Made by a program: the position numbers and the translations under genes
Notes under the pieces: generated by a model
What the model saw: the letters and a program-made list of their open reading frames with translations, nothing else
Told to the model about the DNA's origin: nothing
Database searches by the model: none
NCBI GenBank assembly: GCA_965202965.1
Contig: CBDBCQ010000001.1
Span: 6,626-70,625, forward strand
Reading direction: 5' to 3'
DNA: 64,000 nt
DNA from: Dehalococcoidia bacterium
Lineage (GTDB): Bacteria > Chloroflexota > Dehalococcoidia > Lucifugimonadales > UBA1123
In this document: one piece after another, positions 57,544-64,000 of the stretch
Layout: each line of letters begins with the position of its first letter
Position numbering within the stretch: the stretch's first letter is position 1

Positions 57544-60500
57544 CTAACTGAAGTAGAGGTCTATGACAGTGCTTACCTCGGCTAAGGTGAGTTGCCCGTT
57601 GAAGTAGTCATCGATGGCCAAGCTGACCTCAGAGAGGTCGATTTGTCCGGATTCATCCGCATCGTACCTGTCAAGCAGCTCATCGGCTGTCTGCCCGGAA
57701 TCCGAGCAGCTTGGGCCGGTGTCAGCATGGTAGCGGCTTGAAATACTGTTGAGCCAGGCTTCAAAAGCTCCGTCATCCGGCACGCAGAGTCCCGCATTCC
57801 CAGAGAAGGTAAACAATTCAAGCGCTGTGAGATTTGTGAGGCTGTGGGGTATCGTGCCCGTCAATTCATTGTCCGACAAGGCCAACCTCTCAAGGTTGGC
57901 GAGATTACCCAACTCTAGCGGTATCCCACCCGTCAGCTGGTTGTCATTAAGCCATAGTCCTCTCAGGTTAGCGAGCTTGCCCAGATCCGGCGGGATATTT
58001 CCTGCTAGCTGGTTCCCGCTAATCAACAGTTCCCTCAGACTGGACAGCTTGCCAAGCCCTGGCGGTATCTCGCCTTTAAGTTGGTTGTCGAGGAGATACA
58101 GTCCCTCCAGGTTGGTGAGACCACCTAGCCAGGCGGGTATCTTGCCGGTGAACTGGTTGCCATCAAGGTGGAGCCTTCGCAGATTGACCTTGTTCTCAAG
58201 CCATGCAGGGATGTCGCCGTTCGGAGTGCTCAGGTCATTATCGCCGCCGAGGTCCAGCACCTCCAGGTTAGCAAGATTGCCCAGCTCGGGCGGTATTTCA
58301 CCGCTGAGTCGGATTCCGTCGCCGAGCCACAACAGCCTCAGATTCGAGAGATTGCCCAGTTCGGACGGTATTTTGCCGGTGATTTCCGTGTTGCCGCCAA
58401 GATGCAGGCTCGCCAGACTGGACAGTTTACCCAACTGAGGCGGGATACTACCCTCCAGTTGGTTGAAGCCAAGCCACAACACTCGCATGTTTGTGAAGTC
58501 TCCCATCCATGCAGGAATTTTCCCTGTAAGTCGGTTGCCCTGGAGAGACAACTCTTCTAATTCGGTGAGATTGCCCAATTCCTCGGGTATCTCCCCGGTC
58601 AACGAATTTTCCCGTAGGTCCAATACTCGTATGCTGTGCAGGTCGCCCAGTTTCGACGGGATGCTGCCACTCAGACCGCTATCAGGGAGTGTCAGTTGCG
58701 TTACTTGCTGCTCGGAATCCACCTCGACGCCCGTCCAATCTCTGAGAGGAAGGTCTGCGTCCCAGTTCAGCTGCGCATCGCCATTGCCTATCAGGGCGTC
58801 CCTGATGCCGAGAAGAAGTTGACAGTCGTGAAGGCACTCCACGGGCACGGGCGGCCCGTCGCAGTCGGGCAAGCCGAGACGCTGAAGGTCGTTGTTCGGC
58901 ACATCGTGCAGGGCTTCAGGTATGCAGCCGGTGAAATCATTGCCAGCAAGCCACAGATATTCCAGCTTTGTGAGGTTGACCAATGAGTACGGTATCTGGC
59001 CTGTCAGTCGGTTTCTGAAGAGAGACAGTTCCCGGAGGTCTGTGAGATTGCCCAGCTCAGTCGGTATCTCACCGGTGAGTTGGTTATCAAATATGGTCAG
59101 ATATTTGAGATCAGAGAGGTTGCCAAGTTCAGGCGGTATCGGCCCACTCAATCGGTTGCCCCAGAGGAGCAGCACTTTAAGCTTGGTGAGGCTGCCCAGT
59201 TCCGACGGGATAGAACCGTTGAGGTCCATGTCATCCTTCAGGGTTATTTCCCATACGCGGTTGTTGTTGATATCAACTCTCTGCCAACTGTCCATAGGCA
59301 GATGTTCACTCCAGTTCAGTGGCTCATCGCCGCGCAGGGCATCCCTGGACGCCAGAAGCGCCTCGCAGTCGGCGACTATTCCAGAGCCTGCGTGTCGTGA
59401 AACTGCGGCGCTGTTGGGACACACGGGAGCGCGCACACTTACGGTGACCGTCATGGTGTCGGTATCGCCCTGGGCATCCGTGGCGGTTAGCGTGTAGCTC
59501 GTCGGACCGGCGGCGGTGGATGTCGCCGAAGTCCCTATCCGTGCCGGCGGACCGGGGTTGAAGGTCATGCCATTGCTTGGTACAGGAGATATGGAGTATG
59601 TCAGCGACCCGTTGCCATACTCCGCCTCTGGCAGGAAGTGGGCACCTGCCACACCTGCCGTGAAGGTGTACTCGATGCTGTTGTCCGCGAAAACCGGCGC
59701 ATCGTCGTCGAGAATGGTCAGCGTAACGCTTCTGGGTCCCCGAACCTCCTGCGGGTTGCTCGCCGTGCCGGACACTGTCACCCTCTTGCGGGCTTGCGTG
59801 AACACATCGTCGTTTGTCGCAATAATCGCAATAGACGCATCGCTCGCTGCCTGGCCCGCCGGGATGATCAGGGTCGGGGCATCGTCGTCGCCGTACCATT
59901 CTACTAGGACAGCCTCATCCAGCGCTGCCGGTATAGTCAGCTCGGTCGCAGCGCTCGATATGTTGTCCAGCATCGCGGTTACGAAAGTTCGATTTCTGGG
60001 AGAGACATCCCGGTCATCCTCCCCTTCGATGACCTCTGCGGGCGACAGATGCAGCGTTGCGACCGGGGTCGTCTCGTCATCGGCGACTATCAGCTCGACC
60101 GGGTCTGGCGCATCCACGCCGCTCGTGTTTGTCGCTGTCGCCGAGACCGTAACGCTCACATCGCCGGTTTGCTCGCCATTGTCAATGCCGGTGAGCGTTA
60201 CGACACCCGTGCTTGTCGTCCGGCCTGCCGGAATGGTCAGAGTCCTGTTCGCACTCAGAGCGACGGCAGCAGGATGCGAGGCCGACACCGTTACCGTAGT
60301 GTCGGCGCTCGATGGTCTGTTCAGTGACGCAGCTACCGTGCTGCTCCCTCCGTTTTCCACCACCCAGTACGGTGCCAGCGTCAGACTCGCTTTAGGTGTG
60401 GAAGTCGAGCTTTGGCGAAAATTCGCCACCACTTGACGGTTGGCGTTGAGGGTTCTCGCGGCGTCGGCAGGTCCGTCCACACCTGTAGAGGGATGGTTGA

Positions 60501-61755
60501 CCGGAACGCCCAGGGGATCGCCGTTGTAGGTCAGGTCGGGATTCGAGTAGTACAGAATCCATTGGCAATAGAAATCTCTTAAGTCGTTTTCTTCTGCATA
60601 ATCCCCACACTGATACGGGTAAGACATGATGGTGCGCCAGCGTGCGGACTCAGGGGCGCCCGGGCGGAACATTCGCTGGTTCACATAGCCGAAGTTTGAG
60701 TCTCTTCCTACGTCTGACTCTACATACCTGTCGTGGCGCAGGCCCATGTTGTGTCCAAGCTCGTGGGCGAAGACCAAACCTCCACCCCCATCAACCGTAA
60801 GACCAAACGCACTGTCCCGAAATGTCCCATCGTCGTATTGGATGAGAAGCTGGGCTACACCGCCCACATTGTCGCTTCTGCCGACCAGCAGGTGAACGAG
60901 GTCTGCCGCGTACAGGTCCCGCAGCTCGTGAATGTAGTCCATATATCCGTCCGATGGGTCTGCGAGCCTTCTAAGGTCAATGTAGGAGTTGCCGTCCTCG
61001 ATATAGTCCGTCTCCTGTCTCAGCACCAGCCTTATCCGATGTGTTACTCCACTGTTCGCAAATGCCTGGTTGATCTCTGCGACGAACAGGTCGATCAGCG
61101 CCTCGGCGCCTGCTCTGCCTCCCGCTTCATGCTTGACGGGAGGCGTGTACAGCACCATCACGTCTATCTCCGAGCCGTCGTCTCGCTGCGCGCTGACAGA
61201 TTGCGGGCGTGCAGGCGGCGGGCTTTGCGGCTCGCCCGGTGGCAGCAACGAGGACTCGTCAATCTGCCGGATGATGTACACGCCGTTACCGGCCGTGCGG
61301 ATGGTATAGACAGCCCGGGGGGTGCGAACCGTGCCGGCCACGACGCTGCCGTTCACGACCATTGTCATGGTTCCCAGTTCCACGCCGTCAAGCCCGCCCC
61401 AGAACGCATAGCCCGATGCGGTCGGCTCCACATGCTCGATTCTGCCTGTGAATGCGGCGTCTTCAAACAGGTTGAGCGCGACCGTCTGAGGCGCAAGGCG
61501 TCTCACTTCGTCAATACCCAGGGGTCTTGACACTGAATCCAGCGACGGGTCGAGTTGCCGGAAGTCGATCCCCACGAAGCGGCTTGCCAGTGTCTCAACA
61601 CCATGACTGGGCGGTGGGACTCCCTCGATTTCAGAGAATATGCCATCCGCATCAGACTCGCCGGTCTGCGCGCTGACGAGACCGGGGTCCGCAAGCGTGG
61701 TGAAGAGCAGCACCGTAGCTAAAATAGCTGCGAGAAGGGTTAGCGCATTACGCAT
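57544..61755 (-). CDS. Secreted metzincin (reprolysin/M12B-like) metalloprotease fused to Calx-beta-like domains and two plant-type LRR blocks, with a C-terminal EF-hand/dockerin-like tail; paralog of 5168..9307
   Basis: Signal MRNALTLLAAILATVLLFTTLADPGLVSAQTG. Zinc motif HELGHNMGLRHD. LRR caps are CEALLASRDALRGDEPLNWS and CQLLLGIRDALIGNGDAQLNW. More than 20 LRRs match L.G.IP.ELGNL..L..L.L. The tail is LLDRYDADESGQIDLSEVSLAIDDYFNGQLTLAEVSTVIDLYFS. Confidence 0.85.
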   Translation of the reverse strand: MRNALTLLAAILATVLLFTTLADPGLVSAQTGESDADGIFSEIEGVPPPSHGVETLASRFVGIDFRQLDPSLDSVSRPLGIDEVRRLAPQTVALNLFEDAAFTGRIEHVEPTASGYAFWGGLDGVELGTMTMVVNGSVVAGTVRTPRAVYTIRTAGNGVYIIRQIDESSLLPPGEPQSPPPARPQSVSAQRDDGSEIDVMVLYTPPVKHEAGGRAGAEALIDLFVAEINQAFANSGVTHRIRLVLRQETDYIEDGNSYIDLRRLADPSDGYMDYIHELRDLYAADLVHLLVGRSDNVGGVAQLLIQYDDGTFRDSAFGLTVDGGGGLVFAHELGHNMGLRHDRYVESDVGRDSNFGYVNQRMFRPGAPESARWRTIMSYPYQCGDYAEENDLRDFYCQWILYYSNPDLTYNGDPLGVPVNHPSTGVDGPADAARTLNANRQVVANFRQSSTSTPKASLTLAPYWVVENGGSSTVAASLNRPSSADTTVTVSASHPAAVALSANRTLTIPAGRTTSTGVVTLTGIDNGEQTGDVSVTVSATATNTSGVDAPDPVELIVADDETTPVATLHLSPAEVIEGEDDRDVSPRNRTFVTAMLDNISSAATELTIPAALDEAVLVEWYGDDDAPTLIIPAGQAASDASIAIIATNDDVFTQARKRVTVSGTASNPQEVRGPRSVTLTILDDDAPVFADNSIEYTFTAGVAGAHFLPEAEYGNGSLTYSISPVPSNGMTFNPGPPARIGTSATSTAAGPTSYTLTATDAQGDTDTMTVTVSVRAPVCPNSAAVSRHAGSGIVADCEALLASRDALRGDEPLNWSEHLPMDSWQRVDINNNRVWEITLKDDMDLNGSIPSELGSLTKLKVLLLWGNRLSGPIPPELGNLSDLKYLTIFDNQLTGEIPTELGNLTDLRELSLFRNRLTGQIPYSLVNLTKLEYLWLAGNDFTGCIPEALHDVPNNDLQRLGLPDCDGPPVPVECLHDCQLLLGIRDALIGNGDAQLNWDADLPLRDWTGVEVDSEQQVTQLTLPDSGLSGSIPSKLGDLHSIRVLDLRENSLTGEIPEELGNLTELEELSLQGNRLTGKIPAWMGDFTNMRVLWLGFNQLEGSIPPQLGKLSSLASLHLGGNTEITGKIPSELGNLSNLRLLWLGDGIRLSGEIPPELGNLANLEVLDLGGDNDLSTPNGDIPAWLENKVNLRRLHLDGNQFTGKIPAWLGGLTNLEGLYLLDNQLKGEIPPGLGKLSSLRELLISGNQLAGNIPPDLGKLANLRGLWLNDNQLTGGIPLELGNLANLERLALSDNELTGTIPHSLTNLTALELFTFSGNAGLCVPDDGAFEAWLNSISSRYHADTGPSCSDSGQTADELLDRYDADESGQIDLSEVSLAIDDYFNGQLTLAEVSTVIDLYFS

Positions 61756-61891
61756 TGATAGAGCCTTTATACACGATGGAGGTAAAACGCATCGGGCTTA
61801 TCTGCCAGTGGAGGTCTGTCCTTCCGGCCTGCCGGATGCTGCGACATCGGCGCTTATGCTATCAAAGGCCATAGGATAATCAAGGGGATTA

Positions 61892-63546
61892 GAGAATTAC
61901 ATCGGACTGTTGAAAAAGCCTGAGTTGAAGGCGGACATGTATGCGGCGTAGAGTGGCACGGACATCCGGCAATTAGGAGCTAAGCGATGCTCGATCCATT
62001 AGACCGCCACAGCAGAGACTCCACACTGTTCCAGTTCACGACCAAGCGTCTCAGGGACTTCATCGACCCCAATCACCTTCTCATCCAGATAGACGAGCAG
62101 TTCGACTTCCAGAAGCTCGTCGAACCGCTTGAGGAATACTACTGTCGGGACAATGGCAGACCTGCCATTCACCCGGAAGTGCTCGTGAGAGCGCTGCTGA
62201 TCTCGTCGCTGTACAACGTCAGTTCGTTCCGTCGCCTGTGCGCGGCAATATCGGAGAATCTTGCCTTTCGCTGGTTCTGCTTCCTTACGATAGACGACGA
62301 GGTATTCCACCATTCGACCATAAGCTACTTCATCGAGCGCGTGGGGAACGAGGGCTTCGGTCAGATATTCCAACGCTTCAACGAGGAACTGCTGCGGCTG
62401 GGCCTTCTGTCACGGCAGGTGTACGCCGACTCCAGCCTGGTGGGAGCGAACGTCAATAGCAGCAGGCTGTCACCGAGTGGTATGAGCGTGGAGGAGTTCA
62501 AGGAGAAGGCGGTCGCGGAGAATGGGCTGTTCGTGCTGCGGGAGCGGGAATTAGATGAGGGCGGCAAGGAGCAGGAGAGCGTTAGTTACTACCAAGATGC
62601 ACAGGGAAGACTACCCCTGAATCCTGTGGACACGGATGCCAGATGGGGCACTAGGCGCAGGCATGAGACGCAGTGGAAGCTGCATTACCAGGAGAACGTG
62701 ATAGTGGAAAGAGGTGGCTTCATAGTGGCACGCACCGCTACGCATGCCAGTGTGGGCGAGTGGAAGGCGTTGGACGGGATGCTGAAACAGCTGCCGGTCA
62801 AGCCGGAGACATTCGCCGCTGACGCGGGATACAGAGGGGGACACGTGAGGAAGCGTCTGGACGACATGGGCATAGTCGCCTACATCCCCTTACATCCGAC
62901 TCAGCTGAGGAACATGGTAGCCAGGGGAGGCTTCGACTATCGAGGAGATCACCTCGTATGTCCGGAGGGAAAGGTTCTGCGCAGGAGTGCGCTCCTGAGT
63001 CGGGATCGGACGCATCAATATGTCGCACGCCAGCACGACTGCCAGAGATGCCCAATAAAGACTGAGTGTCTGCCACCGGGGCAGGTGCGCCGATATGTGG
63101 TGCGGAGCATCTATCACTCCCTGCATCTTGAGGCGAAGGAGCGTAACGAAAAGGAAGCGTTCAAGACGGAGATGCTCAGGAGGAAAACGATAGCTGAGGG
63201 AGTGTTCGCGTCACAGGATCGGTTGGGATGGGCCAGGAGCAGGTTGAGAGGGTTGTGGAAAGTGGACTGCGAAGGCTACATATCGTCGCTGGCACATAAT
63301 ATGAAGAAGGCTGTGCATCGGCTGGGCGACTATACCGGACCTCCAGTGCCGGCGACTACACCAGAGCCGGCCGCTGCGTAATCAAGATAGAGCAGGGAAC
63401 GACAGGATTATCATGGAAGATCTGATGAGCCAGTCGTTGAAAGTGGCCGAAGGCCTACGCCAGTCAGACGTGTTGTGCGTCACGAGAGGTCACTGACGCC
63501 AGATAGGATCAAAACCCTGCTTTTTCAACAGTCCGATGTAATTCCC
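61892..63546 (+). mobile_element. IS1182/IS5-family insertion sequence with 26-28-bp TIRs
   Basis: GAATTACATCGGACTGTTGAAAAAGC at 61894-61919 and its exact reverse complement at 63519-63544. The match extends to 28 bp with one mismatch. No clear TSD was seen. Confidence 0.85.
61987..63381 (+). CDS. DDE transposase, IS5/IS1182 family (DUF772-type N terminus)
   Basis: LLIQIDEQFDFQKLVEPLEEYYCRDNGRPAIHPEVLVRALLISSLYNVSSFRRLCAAISENLAFRWFCFL, followed by the later ...FAADAGYRGG... region. The 464-aa length fits IS1182-type enzymes. Confidence 0.8.
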   Translation: MLDPLDRHSRDSTLFQFTTKRLRDFIDPNHLLIQIDEQFDFQKLVEPLEEYYCRDNGRPAIHPEVLVRALLISSLYNVSSFRRLCAAISENLAFRWFCFLTIDDEVFHHSTISYFIERVGNEGFGQIFQRFNEELLRLGLLSRQVYADSSLVGANVNSSRLSPSGMSVEEFKEKAVAENGLFVLRERELDEGGKEQESVSYYQDAQGRLPLNPVDTDARWGTRRRHETQWKLHYQENVIVERGGFIVARTATHASVGEWKALDGMLKQLPVKPETFAADAGYRGGHVRKRLDDMGIVAYIPLHPTQLRNMVARGGFDYRGDHLVCPEGKVLRRSALLSRDRTHQYVARQHDCQRCPIKTECLPPGQVRRYVVRSIYHSLHLEAKERNEKEAFKTEMLRRKTIAEGVFASQDRLGWARSRLRGLWKVDCEGYISSLAHNMKKAVHRLGDYTGPPVPATTPEPAAA

Positions 63547-63667
63547 ATAAATACTTGGTGGGACTTATGCACAAGGCGACTCTCTCCGGGACAGGGTGAT
63601 TGCTCAGATTCGAAGCGGGGTTCTCTGCGTCGTAAGGCTCTCGCGGCTTCAATGTCTTGGCATCATC

Positions 63668-63760
63668 TTTACCTTTTTTAATCTCTTCCTCTTAAAAGTA
63701 AAAGATGTTTTCAGTTCAACTCTTCAAACCTTCTTACTTTTGAACCTAAAACTTGCTATA
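63668..63760. repeat. AT-rich repeat element, copy C (just upstream of parA)
   Basis: TTTTTTAATCTCTTCCTCTTAAAAGTAAAAGATGTTTTCAGTTCAACTCTTCAAACCTTCTTAC aligns with copies A and B. Confidence 0.8.
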
Positions 63761-63811
63761 CCTTCTTCCGTTTCTACTTTAGTGTAGAAGAAATTCTTTC
63801 AGGAGATCGAC

Positions 63812-64000
63812 ATGATAGTCGCAGTAATTGGAGAAAAGGGTGGCACGGGCAAGACCACCTTCGCGGTCCACCTGGCGTGCTGGCGCGTCATTTCGGGCCG
63901 AGACGTGATGCTGATAGACGCCGACAGGCAGGGGTCGGCCAGTATATGGATTGAGATCCGCCAGGAAAACTCGTCCTGTGTTCCGACGAGCGTGCAGAAG
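63812..64000 (+). CDS. parA: ParA/Soj-family partition ATPase, 5' part (runs off the window)
   Basis: AGGAGA SD at 63801-63806 and ATG at 63812. MIVAVIGEKGGTGKTTFAVHLA...MLIDADRQGS carries the deviant Walker A KGGxGKT. The frame is open to the window end; it is not listed in the ORF track because it has no stop. Confidence 0.8.
   Translation, partial: MIVAVIGEKGGTGKTTFAVHLACWRVISGRDVMLIDADRQGSASIWIEIRQENSSCVPTSVQK

Overview
GC-rich bacterial accessory or plasmid-like DNA; the taxon cannot be determined from sequence alone. All calls come from reading the ORF track and the nucleotides by eye, with no database searches. Three themes stand out.

(1) Secreted surface proteins. There is a battery of very large, signal-peptide-bearing, multidomain 'eukaryote-like' proteins:
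- an S8 subtilase and a paralog that has lost its catalytic triad
- two metzincin-LRR fusions
- a 2108-aa cadherin-repeat giant and a 1337-aa cadherin-like beta-sandwich array
- a 1958-aa membrane-anchored array of 14 FN3-like modules
- LRR proteins, a beta-lactamase-fold hydrolase and a possible clan-CD peptidase

Six of these otherwise unrelated proteins end in the same ~45-aa EF-hand/dockerin-like C-terminal module. This is the strongest candidate for an undescribed docking or sorting system.

(2) An unusual load of TnpB elements.
- Five full-length tnpB genes are present. One has Asp->Asn at RuvC-I and RuvC-III, and one has Asp->Glu at RuvC-III.
- One TnpB-only element is bounded by 14-bp TIRs plus an 8-bp direct duplication.
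- An IS607-type tnpA-tnpB unit disrupts an ATPase gene, and there is one nested insertion.
- At least five decayed tnpB fragments remain, plus an IS1182/IS5-type IS whose termini resemble the TnpB-element TIRs.

(3) A plasmid/ICE-like backbone.
- A Toprim primase, a RecA-fold helicase and a 526-aa putative initiator sit next to five 22-bp iterons.
- There are two vapBC modules and a parA start at the window edge.

No rRNA, tRNA or CRISPR array was recognised.
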